Shown here: piece by piece, positions 46,700 through 57,284 of the stretch
Position numbering within the stretch: position 1 is the stretch's first letter
Layout of the letters: the number at the start of each line of letters is the position of its first letter
Assembly: GCA_965277285.1 (NCBI GenBank)
Contig: OZ255721.1
Coordinates: 1,216,001 to 1,280,000, forward strand
Length of the DNA: 64,000 nucleotides
From: Abditibacteriaceae bacterium
GTDB lineage: Bacteria > Armatimonadota > Abditibacteriia > Abditibacteriales > Abditibacteriaceae
Direction of reading: 5' to 3'
Notes under the pieces: model-generated
What the model saw: only the letters and a program-made list of their open reading frames with translations
What the model was told of the DNA's origin: nothing
Databases searched by the model: none
Position numbers and translations under genes: made by a program

Positions 46700-47077
46700 T
46701 TATTCAGCCGCTGCTTCGTCTAAGGCTTCAATGGCGTCGCGGATGCGGCGTTCGGTGATGTTCAAGTCGAGGCTCGAACGATCACGAACGATGTCGCGCA
46801 CCGTCGCATTGACAGTTCCCAAGTCTTCCATCAAGTCGCGCAAGATTTCCTGCTGCTGGCGCGAACGTGTCACTTCGCGCGGCTCGCGCACCAGGTCGCG
46901 CACCAGAGAATCTTCGGCTCGTGAAGCCACCAAAGGTTCGCTTTGTCCTTCGACATAAACGAAAGTGCGGCGTCCCGGCCCGCGCTCTTCCTCAATCGGC
47001 GTGACCGTCACAACACGGTCGCTGCGCACATATTTCCCGTAACCCAAAGGCACCAACACGCCCGTTTGAATTCGCAT
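46700..47077 (-). CDS. Hypothetical protein with RemA/DUF370-like N-terminus
   Basis: CAGGA RBS; LVPLGYGKYVRSDRVV.V, GRRT.V; coiled-coil C-terminus. Confidence 0.72.
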   Translation of the reverse strand: MRIQTGVLVPLGYGKYVRSDRVVTVTPIEEERGPGRRTFVYVEGQSEPLVASRAEDSLVRDLVREPREVTRSRQQQEILRDLMEDLGTVNATVRDIVRDRSSLDLNITERRIRDAIEALDEAAAE

Positions 47078-47165
47078 TTCCTGTCTCCATTTCGTCTGTT
47101 TTTGCTTGCTCGTTTCAGACGTACAGACAGCGCTTTCGCTCCACAAAAAGCCTTATAAAACAAAG

Positions 47166-47205
47166 AAAAAGCACGACTTTCGAGTACTCGAAAGTCGTGC
47201 TTTTT
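47166..47205. terminator. Perfect 40-bp palindrome centred on the 12-mer, with A5/T5 ends
   Basis: aaaaagcacgactttcgagtactcgaaagtcgtgcttttt. Confidence 0.8.
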
Positions 47206-47215
47206 ATTCAGCTTA

Positions 47216-47246
47216 TGTAGGGGCGAGCCGGTGGCTCGCCCCTACA
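47216..47246. repeat. Family C REP palindrome
   Basis: tgtaggggcgagcc-ggt-ggctcgcccctaca. Confidence 0.85.
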
Positions 47247-47253
47247 AATTGTT

Positions 47254-49935
47254 TTACTGCGGCATAACTACGGCTTCGGCGCTCGGGTTGGCGTCGCCCA
47301 GGAATTTTTGCGCGACGCGTTGTACGTCGTCAATTGTGACGGCGTTGATGCGCGCTTCGTATTGCTCATCGTCGCGGAAACCCAGACCGTAAAGTTCGTC
47401 GCTGCCTGCGGCTTGCGCCTGCTCGAGGTTGCCCTGCGTGTCAATCGCTTGCGAGGCGATCATCATGGTTTTGGCGCGCGCCAGTTCGTCATCGGTGACG
47501 CCGCTTTGCGCCATTTTCGTCACTTCGCCACGAATGATGTCGTGCACGCGTTGCGCGTTCGGCTTGGTCGTCGCGGCGTAAACAATGAAGGTGCCACGAT
47601 CTAAGTTCGATTGGTCAAAAGCATGAACGTCATAGACCAGTTGGTTATCGCGCAAAAGAGCGAATAAGCGTCCGCCGCCCAGATCAGCGCCCGCCAGTGC
47701 CGCGCCCATCACGCCGACCGCGTAACGATCTTTGTCTTTCAAGCCGGTGCTGGGAAAACCATAAAACTGAATCACTTGCGCGATGCCAGGTTTTGTCACT
47801 TCGGCGGTCGAAAGTTTGGTCAAAGGCGCGGCGGCAGAAGGCGCAACCGGCGCGTTCGCTTGCGCTTTCACGTTGCCGAACGCGTTTGTAATTGCGGCGC
47901 GCACGTCGTCCGTGTTCACGTCGCCATAAACCGAAACCACCAGTTGGCGCGGCTGCAAAACGCTCTTGTAATACGCGGCGACATCAGCCGAAGTCAGCGC
48001 GTTCAGCGTTGCGGGTGTGCCCAACGTCGAGCGGCCATAAGGGTGATTGCCGTAAACGGTTTTGCGTAACGCCAACGACGCGACGCTCATCGGCTCATCG
48101 TTTTGTTGTGCGATTTGCGCCGCGATTTGCGCTTTGGCGCGCGCCAGTTCATCGGAAGGAAATGTCGGGCGCAAAAGAGAATCGGAAAGCAACGACAGGC
48201 CGGTTTTCCAATCGCGCGACAGCCATTGCGATTTTAAACCCCACGAATTGTAGCCGCTGAAACCATCCAAACTGGCGCCCAAATTATCGACCGTCGCGGC
48301 CAGTTGTTCGGCGTTATGCGTCGTCGTGCCGCGTGTCAACATTTCCGCCAGCAAGTTGGAAACTCCGGCTTTGCTGGCCGGTTCCAGGCGCACGCCGCCC
48401 AACGCTGTGGCGACGATGGCGACGGTTGGCGTCGCATGATTTTCGCGGACAATCAAACGAACGCCGTTAGGCAAAGTGAACATTTGCGACGGCTTGATTT
48501 CGGCGCGCGCGGCCTGTGGCGCGACCGTTCGAGTACTCGAACGCGGTGTCACGAGCGCGACTGTGACGCCATCGCGCGACAGATATTTATTGGCGACGGC
48601 TTGAATTTGCGCTGGCGTGACGCTCTTGATGCGCGCCACATAGCGCTGCGAATATTCGGGATCGCCAGTTCCCATTTCGTCATAGGCGATTTGTTCGGCC
48701 TGATCTTCAACGTTGCTGCGCCCGAAAACAAAGGCGGTTTCGATCTGGCGTTGCGCGCGTTGCAGTTCGGCGGGCGTGACAGGTTGCGTTTTCACTTTGG
48801 CGATTTCGTTCCAGATCGCGTCCTCGACTTTGGCTTCGTCGTTCGGGTTCATCTGCGCGCGCACGCCAAAAATGCCCGCATTGTAATTGGGCGTCGAGGA
48901 AAAAGCGTTAATATCCGAAACCAGGTTGCGCTTCTCGCGCAGTTCGCGCACCAAACGGGACGATTCGCCGACGCCCAAAATCTGCGCCAGCGTATCAAGC
49001 GCGTATAAATCGGGGCTTTGCAGCGGAATCGTGTGCCATCCCATTTGCAGATAAGTCTGGCTCACATCTTTTTCAGCGACGGCGCGGCGTGGCGAAGTTT
49101 GCGTCGGCTCGTCGGGAATCGCAGGCGTCGAGGCGGCGCGGCGCGGCCAATCGCCCATTTTGCTTTGCACGTAATTCATCGCATCGTCCGCACTGATGTC
49201 GCCCGCGATGGCGACGACGGTATTTTCCGGCGTGTAATGGCTTTTGTAGTAGCCCAAAACGTCATCGCGCGTCAGGCGGTCGAAACTTTCGCGGAAGCCG
49301 ATAATCGGAAAACGCACCGGATGCACGCGAAACGCCGTCGCATAAAACAGGTCATTGAGTACGCGATCCGGATCGTCGGCGTCCAGGTTCATTTCGTTGT
49401 GGATGACGCCTTGCTGCGTCTTCACTTCGACTTCGGGGAAGTTCGCGTTCTGCATCATGTCCGACAACGAATCGACCGCTTTGTTGAAAAAACTGCTCGC
49501 CGTCGTGATGTGATACGCGGTCACGTCATACGTCGTATAAGCGTTTTCGTAACCGCCTATGCTTTGCATATCGCGCGCGATTTGGGCTTTGAGGCGCGTC
49601 GTGGTGCCTTCGCTGAGGTTGTGCTCGAACAAGTGCGAAATGCCCGCGCCCAGATATTGACCTTCGTAAATCGAGCCGGTTTTGACGTACATTCTGACGG
49701 CGACAACCGGCGCCGCATGGTTTTCCAGGACGAGAACTGTCAAACCGTTGGGCAAGGTTTTCTTGACAACGCTCGCCTGCGTCGCATTGTTTTGCGAGAC
49801 GGTTTGCGGCGCGATTGTTTCAAGCGTATTGCGCGCCAGCGCCATGTTTGGCGCAGAAAACGCGGTCGCAACGCACAGCGCGAGGAAGATCGAGCGGGTG
49901 TGCTTTCGAGTACTCGATGGGACGAAATGTCGCAT
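47254..49935 (-). CDS. M16 (pitrilysin/PqqL-like) zinc peptidase, secreted, two-lobed
   Basis: LPNGL.V, G.SHLFEH, NAYT..D.T.Y, second LPNG half, HPYGR..LGT. Confidence 0.96.
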   Translation of the reverse strand: MRHFVPSSTRKHTRSIFLALCVATAFSAPNMALARNTLETIAPQTVSQNNATQASVVKKTLPNGLTVLVLENHAAPVVAVRMYVKTGSIYEGQYLGAGISHLFEHNLSEGTTTRLKAQIARDMQSIGGYENAYTTYDVTAYHITTASSFFNKAVDSLSDMMQNANFPEVEVKTQQGVIHNEMNLDADDPDRVLNDLFYATAFRVHPVRFPIIGFRESFDRLTRDDVLGYYKSHYTPENTVVAIAGDISADDAMNYVQSKMGDWPRRAASTPAIPDEPTQTSPRRAVAEKDVSQTYLQMGWHTIPLQSPDLYALDTLAQILGVGESSRLVRELREKRNLVSDINAFSSTPNYNAGIFGVRAQMNPNDEAKVEDAIWNEIAKVKTQPVTPAELQRAQRQIETAFVFGRSNVEDQAEQIAYDEMGTGDPEYSQRYVARIKSVTPAQIQAVANKYLSRDGVTVALVTPRSSTRTVAPQAARAEIKPSQMFTLPNGVRLIVRENHATPTVAIVATALGGVRLEPASKAGVSNLLAEMLTRGTTTHNAEQLAATVDNLGASLDGFSGYNSWGLKSQWLSRDWKTGLSLLSDSLLRPTFPSDELARAKAQIAAQIAQQNDEPMSVASLALRKTVYGNHPYGRSTLGTPATLNALTSADVAAYYKSVLQPRQLVVSVYGDVNTDDVRAAITNAFGNVKAQANAPVAPSAAAPLTKLSTAEVTKPGIAQVIQFYGFPSTGLKDKDRYAVGVMGAALAGADLGGGRLFALLRDNQLVYDVHAFDQSNLDRGTFIVYAATTKPNAQRVHDIIRGEVTKMAQSGVTDDELARAKTMMIASQAIDTQGNLEQAQAAGSDELYGLGFRDDEQYEARINAVTIDDVQRVAQKFLGDANPSAEAVVMPQ

Positions 49936-49940
49936 AAAAC

Positions 49941-51587
49941 TTACTTCCGTTGAGAGTGATTTTTGCGTCTTGACAACTGCCGTGCAGCCAAAGCTCCACC
50001 AAAAAGAAGAGCTGCGGCCAGGTAGAAAAACGATTTATTGGACGATGCGGTTTCTGTTGGATTTCTTGAATCTGCAGCTTTAACGCCGCTTTGCGCTAAT
50101 TTGTCTTCGATTTGAAACGCTCCACCCGCTTTTTGGTACCAGAACGCGACCCAGCGATATTCCATATCGTCGTCGTGGTTGCGTCCGTTGTGACCGAAAT
50201 CGAACGAGAAACTTTTCTTGAATGGAACCGCATCGAGAATCATCAGGCGATAAGCCGAAACACCCGGCGGCGCCAGAGTTTTGCGCGTCAGGCCGCCAAA
50301 AGGCCTCGCAAAGGGCGTATCGGGAAAATACCACGCGCTGTTGAAAAAATCTTCGGTTCCGGTGCCTTCGTGACTTGTTCCGTCCGCCGTGATGGTTTCG
50401 TTGCCTTCCAAAAACGCGAAAGTGCGCCGATTCGCGCCCGCAACCGGACGAATATCCAAATTCAAGCCGACGAAGGCGCCTTCGCCCTCCGCTTTCAACA
50501 TCGAAACAGGCTTGTCCATTTCAGTGCGCGACGAGCCAACCCGCGCATGAAAGCGCCATAAGGGAAGTCGCGCTTCAGGCAACGCGCGAATCGTACTGGT
50601 GATAAGAACGCCAACCGAATCGTGACCGGCATTGAACAGCTCGAGCTTGCGATTTTTCGGCAAGGTAATCGGCCATTTCAAAGCGAAATGATCTTTTTGC
50701 AACGCTCCAACGGCGCTGTCGGGAACATTTTCCGCGTTGCCCGCCGCGAGCAGCGACAAAGGCACATCAATCGCCGCGTTCCTTTCGCCGTCCCAATAGG
50801 CGCGCAAATGCAAATCGTTCAATACTTGCGCCAGAGGTCGTTTGTTGTCGCCGCGCGCGTCCGAATAACCAACGATTAAATCGATGCTTTCCAGCACGCC
50901 AACCGGCGCATTCGCCAGAAAATCGTGCGATTTGCCAGGCGCAGTTCCCCAATCGGAAACGATTTGCGACGTTTTTCCTGATGGGAGTGGAATAGTTTTC
51001 GGCGTTGCGCTGGCAATCGCGGCTTGATAGAAAAACTTTAGCGTGTCGTTGTCGTGATTGGTCACGATCAAAGCTGCGTTTGCCGACAATTTCCCCAATC
51101 GAGTACTCGAATCGGCATTTTGCGATGGATAAAGCAGCCACGCTTTGTTCCAAAGTTCGCCGAAGTTCGCTTTGCCGTCTCTCAACAAATCAACGTTCTG
51201 CGGGCCGTTTTGCAAACTCACATCGCACTTGTCAGGATTGGAACTGGTGAACCACAAGCGCAATAATTGGCCGCCAGTTAAAGGAATGCGGCGCGTTTCA
51301 TTCGGCTTTAATTCGAGATAATCGTGATTTTGGTGCTTCGTGTCGGTGGACGCGAACCATTGATAAGGCGTTGTCGGCGCCAGAAGATGATCGAGGTTTT
51401 GCGCGCCCAGTTGGGTTGGCGCCCAAAGCATCAATGACAACAGAAGCGCCAATGGCCAGCGAATAAATTCGCCGCCAGAGAGAAGTGTCAACCTTCGTTG
51501 ACACAACTTCAAACTTTGTTGCGTCGGCGCAGGCTGACGCCTTTCTTTGGCGGCGAATTTATTCGCTGACTTAGTAAATCGTGCCAT
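49941..51587 (-). CDS. DUF2961 (GH172-like) domain protein with C-terminal membrane anchor (start uncertain)
   Basis: L.AYWDG, G.G.FVG, FLEGNE, GTGTEDFFNSAWYF, SAYR..I.D.VPF.KS, VAFWYQ. Confidence 0.85.
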   Translation of the reverse strand: MARFTKSANKFAAKERRQPAPTQQSLKLCQRRLTLLSGGEFIRWPLALLLSLMLWAPTQLGAQNLDHLLAPTTPYQWFASTDTKHQNHDYLELKPNETRRIPLTGGQLLRLWFTSSNPDKCDVSLQNGPQNVDLLRDGKANFGELWNKAWLLYPSQNADSSTRLGKLSANAALIVTNHDNDTLKFFYQAAIASATPKTIPLPSGKTSQIVSDWGTAPGKSHDFLANAPVGVLESIDLIVGYSDARGDNKRPLAQVLNDLHLRAYWDGERNAAIDVPLSLLAAGNAENVPDSAVGALQKDHFALKWPITLPKNRKLELFNAGHDSVGVLITSTIRALPEARLPLWRFHARVGSSRTEMDKPVSMLKAEGEGAFVGLNLDIRPVAGANRRTFAFLEGNETITADGTSHEGTGTEDFFNSAWYFPDTPFARPFGGLTRKTLAPPGVSAYRLMILDAVPFKKSFSFDFGHNGRNHDDDMEYRWVAFWYQKAGGAFQIEDKLAQSGVKAADSRNPTETASSNKSFFYLAAALLFGGALAARQLSRRKNHSQRK

Positions 51588-51942
51588 CGTCTCCTGAACC
51601 AGAACCCAAATCACCGAAATTGCCGCCGCCCAATTCCGATTCCAAAAGCTGCTCGACTTCGCCACTTAAATCCGCTCCACTTTCCGAACTCATTTCGCGT
51701 CCGGCTTCCTGCGCCAAACGCCGCAAAGTTTGCGCATCGTCCAAGTCGCTGTTTTCCATGCGTTGGGCCAGCGAATCCATGCGCGCGTCATCGGAACGCC
51801 CACGCGCGAAACGCGACATTAATTTCACGAAATCGGTCGAAGCACAGCGCGGACAACGCGGCTCGTCATTGTCGCTGACAACGCCGCTGAGAAACGTCCA
51901 TTGCTTGCCGCAGGCGCGACACGAGTACTCGAAAAGAGGCAT
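51571..51942 (-). CDS. FmdB family zinc-ribbon protein
   Basis: MPLFEYSCRACG ... CPRCAS...KLMS. Confidence 0.92.
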   Translation of the reverse strand: MPLFEYSCRACGKQWTFLSGVVSDNDEPRCPRCASTDFVKLMSRFARGRSDDARMDSLAQRMENSDLDDAQTLRRLAQEAGREMSSESGADLSGEVEQLLESELGGGNFGDLGSGSGDDGTIY

Positions 51943-51948
51943 TTTTGG

Positions 51949-52035
51949 AAGGATGAAGGATGAAATTGAGTACTCGAAATTGAAAGTGTGCCGCTGAAGT
52001 TCGGCTTTTTCTTCATCCTTCATCTTTCATCCTTT
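51949..52035. repeat. Inverted heptamer arrays (GGATGAA / TTCATCC) enclosing a palindrome variant
   Basis: aaggatgaaggatgaaa ... ttcatccttcatctttcatccttt. Confidence 0.65.
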
Positions 52036-52039
52036 GCTT

Positions 52040-52468
52040 TCATCCCATTTCATTGCCCAGCCAACCGCCAGGACGACAAACTAAAACTTCAATCGAAGTC
52101 GCGTCGAAAACGCGCTGCACGCCGTCGCGCGCTTGTTCGACGACTTCGCGCAAACCAGCATCGCTGGAAAAACTGCTGTCATCGATCCAATCGGGCAATG
52201 GGACGAGTTCGCCTTGAATCGCGGCAATCGCCTGACCCAGGCTGATTTCGTGCGGCGCGCGGCTCAAGCGGTAACCGCCATGCTGGCCTTTTTTGCTTTG
52301 CACCAATCCGGCGCTTTTCAGTTCGAGCAAAACTTGTTCGAGGTATTTGCGCGGAATGTTGCAGTCGCGCGCGATGTCGCCAATTTGTCCCCATTCGTCG
52401 CGCGCATGGCTGCGAATCAAAAACGCCAAAGCCTGCATCGCATATTTCGCCGTGTGTCCCAATCGCAT
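52040..52468 (-). CDS. Rrf2 family transcriptional regulator (lacks the three-Cys Fe-S cluster motif)
   Basis: YAMQAL..L, IA....IP.KYLEQVL..LK.AGLV.S.KG..GGY.L. Confidence 0.95.
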   Translation of the reverse strand: MRLGHTAKYAMQALAFLIRSHARDEWGQIGDIARDCNIPRKYLEQVLLELKSAGLVQSKKGQHGGYRLSRAPHEISLGQAIAAIQGELVPLPDWIDDSSFSSDAGLREVVEQARDGVQRVFDATSIEVLVCRPGGWLGNEMG

Positions 52469-52518
52469 GATGCTCGCAGTTTACCAAGTTTGAACGGCTT
52501 TTAATGACACGCGCGATA

Positions 52519-52527
52519 TGTTATAAT
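52519..52527 (+). promoter_or_regulatory. Extended -10 promoter element upstream of rpoZ
   Basis: TGtTATAAT about 35 nt upstream of ATG 52561. Confidence 0.55.
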
Positions 52528-52560
52528 TTGGAGGCTTTTAGTTTTTTCGTGTGGGGTTTT

Positions 52561-52833
52561 ATGCCTTTAGATAACATTTCCGAACTTCGTCGCCGCGTTC
52601 CGGGCGGCAAATATGCTTTAGCGCGCGCTGTGGCCGAACGCGCCCGCCAATTGCAAAGTGGCGCGACACCTTTGGTCGAAGTGCGCGTCGCCAATCCCTT
52701 GACGGTCGCTATCGAAGAAATTGTGGCCGGCAAAGTCACGTTTTTCATCAGCCAGGTCAACGAAGTCAAAGTGACCGAAGTCGCGCCCAAAGCTATCGAA
52801 ACCACTGATGCCAGCGCCGACGGACTGCTGTAA
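52561..52833 (+). CDS. rpoZ: RNA polymerase omega subunit
   Basis: KYAL..AVA.RARQL..GA.PLV......PLTVAIEEI..GK. Confidence 0.93.
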   Translation: MPLDNISELRRRVPGGKYALARAVAERARQLQSGATPLVEVRVANPLTVAIEEIVAGKVTFFISQVNEVKVTEVAPKAIETTDASADGLL

Positions 52834-52854
52834 TTTTCCCGATTCGAGTACTCG

Positions 52855-52888
52855 AAAAGCCCATCGCGCGTTTGTGCGATGGGCTTTT
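52855..52888 (+). terminator. Intrinsic terminator after rpoZ
   Basis: aaaagcccatcgc / gcgatgggctttt. Confidence 0.75.
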
Positions 52889-52919
52889 GCTTTGGCGAAA
52901 GTAGATGTAAAGTCAAGCT

Positions 52920-55271
<2,352 letters not shown>

Positions 55272-55277
55272 ACAGAA

Positions 55278-55359
55278 AAGAACCCAGAGCGTCAGCGACG
55301 GGTGAAAACTAACGATTTGACTTTGAAGTTTTCACCCGTCGCTGACGCTCTGGGTTCTT
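55278..55359. repeat. REP-like inverted repeat, family A
   Basis: aagaacccagagcgtcagcgacgggtgaaaact ... agttttcacccgtcgctgacgctctgggttctt. Confidence 0.92.
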
Positions 55360-55361
55360 AA

Positions 55362-56141
55362 TTATTTTGAAACGGGCGGCGTCCATGCGGGAATTTCGTC
55401 GTCGGGCACGGCGCCATAAAGTGCGGCTGGATGGCCGCCGCGCAACGCCCAGCCAGGTTCGCCGTAGCTCCAATGCCACCATTCGCCGCGAAAATTCGTC
55501 AACCCGGCGGTTTCGAGTACTCGAATCAGCAAATCGCGGTTGCGGCGCGCTTCATCGGAAAGACCTTCAATATACGTTGGAGCCGAATCCCAGCCCATTT
55601 CAAAAGGCGAGATAAAATCTAAGCGTTCGCCGCTGGGGTCGATGATTCCCAGATCGACGGCTCCGCCAGTGGTGTGCGGCGGCGGCGTTTCCCAGATCGG
55701 CGGCGCGGAAAAAACATTAACGTATTCGCGGACAAGGTCTTCATCCCAGTCGGGATGCTTTTCGCGCGTTTCCTGAGTCACCGTGTCATACATCAACTTT
55801 TGAACGTGGAAAGGCCGAAAGGCTCCCACGATGTGCAGCGTCAAACCTGCGGGCAGCAAACTTTGCGCATGCTTCAACATTTCAGCGACGCTTTCGCGCG
55901 CCAGGCCATAACGCGGAAAATCGAAGCGCGGGCTTTTGTCCATCCACGAAAGCTGCGGGCAAACCTGGAAAATATCGACCAATGGCTCGCCGTTGTCGCG
56001 CGTTGGGATTTTAATCAGTTCTTCGACAGGTTCGCCGAAATGATCGATTTGCGGACGCGAAGGTTGCGCATCCAGCGGCTCGTCTTCGGCGATTTCGACA
56101 AAGGTTTCGTCTTCATTTAATTCGGGATTTAATTCGGGCAT
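55362..56141 (-). CDS. D-Ala-D-Ala dipeptidase (M15D, VanX/DdpX-like)
   Basis: FRP..VQ, PPHTTGGAVDL, G..NF.GEWWHWSYG. Confidence 0.92.
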   Translation of the reverse strand: MPELNPELNEDETFVEIAEDEPLDAQPSRPQIDHFGEPVEELIKIPTRDNGEPLVDIFQVCPQLSWMDKSPRFDFPRYGLARESVAEMLKHAQSLLPAGLTLHIVGAFRPFHVQKLMYDTVTQETREKHPDWDEDLVREYVNVFSAPPIWETPPPHTTGGAVDLGIIDPSGERLDFISPFEMGWDSAPTYIEGLSDEARRNRDLLIRVLETAGLTNFRGEWWHWSYGEPGWALRGGHPAALYGAVPDDEIPAWTPPVSK

Positions 56142-56172
56142 TTTGAGGAATTGAGTACTCGAGACAATTGGC

Positions 56173-56201
56173 GTACAGGCGATTCGCCGAATCGCCCGTA
56201 C
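56173..56201. repeat. Family C REP palindrome
   Basis: gtacaggcgattcg-c-cgaatcgcccgtac. Confidence 0.7.
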
Positions 56202-56209
56202 AAAGCGAA

Positions 56210-57181
56210 TTATTTCACGACCATCGGCATCATTTCAGCCGAGCCAAAAACTCCGCACAAGCCACGTTCGCGCAGCCAGTGAGCGCGCTTGAGATAGCCC
56301 AGTGCCGTGCCGCAAACATTGGCCGCCATCGAAGTTTCATCGCCCAAAATAAATTTGTGCTGACTGCGTTTTCCTTCAAACGTGATGCCGGTTAAAGTCA
56401 TCGTCGTCGAAACGGGCTTTTGCGCATTGCGCGTATCCATTACGCCGCCGACGTGAACTTGGTCGCGCGAAATCACGCCAGCGCGTTCCAGCATCACGTC
56501 GTCGGCGTGTTCCATGTCGTGCAAGGTCAGTTTGCCGTCGGTTTCGTTGAGCAAGGTGTCCACTTCGGCGTCGCTCATCAGCTTGGCGCTTTCGACGGAA
56601 TGGCCGGGCAAATGCGCGATGTCTTCGCGGATCGTCGCTTTGTAATCGTCCCAGCGCGCGATGCCAACGCCCCACCAAATATCAACTTTTTCGACCTTGA
56701 CGAAACTCTGCGCCGCCAATGCAGCCGCCGCTGTCAAAAGTCCGGGCGTAGCGCCGCATCCCGAAAGATAAACGCAACCTGCGGCGCGAAACTCGTCGTC
56801 CAAATCGAACATCATTTCCATGGCGCGCGTGCGTTTTAAGGCATCCACGAAAGCGCCTTTGAAACCGTTCTGCACAAAACGCTTCGCCACATCGGGAATG
56901 AAATTGTTCGGCAAGTTCGGCAACGCGATAAAAATGCCGTCGATGGCGTTGCCCAGTTTCACGATTTCGCCAATGGAATCGTCGCTTTCGCGTCCGTTTT
57001 CCAGTTCACAAACGCTGCCGCCGACTTTTACGCGCGCGATTTCCTGCGCATTCAAACCGTTGGCGTCATAGACAAAACCGCCCGCATCGGCGACGGCAAC
57101 CAGCGTCATTTCGGTTTTTTGTTCGATAATTTGCGCGGCGGCTTTGCCCAATCCGCCCGCGCCTAAAATAGCAATTCGCAT
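56210..57181 (-). CDS. bioU: BioU-type dehydrogenase (replaces BioA in biotin synthesis)
   Basis: G.GGLG.AAA, ALPNLPN.F, VDALKRT, GCGATPGLLTAAAALAAQS, ATIREDIAH, MEHADDVMLE, LGDETSMAANVCG; upstream of bioF and bioD. Confidence 0.9.
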   Translation of the reverse strand: MRIAILGAGGLGKAAAQIIEQKTEMTLVAVADAGGFVYDANGLNAQEIARVKVGGSVCELENGRESDDSIGEIVKLGNAIDGIFIALPNLPNNFIPDVAKRFVQNGFKGAFVDALKRTRAMEMMFDLDDEFRAAGCVYLSGCGATPGLLTAAAALAAQSFVKVEKVDIWWGVGIARWDDYKATIREDIAHLPGHSVESAKLMSDAEVDTLLNETDGKLTLHDMEHADDVMLERAGVISRDQVHVGGVMDTRNAQKPVSTTMTLTGITFEGKRSQHKFILGDETSMAANVCGTALGYLKRAHWLRERGLCGVFGSAEMMPMVVK

Positions 57182-57284
57182 GAAGGTTCCTGTAAGTCAA
57201 ACGTTGAGAAAACTTTAACACGACGCGAGTTTGCGCGCTATTTTCAACAATCGAGTTTCAACAATCGAGTACTCGATACGCGAT

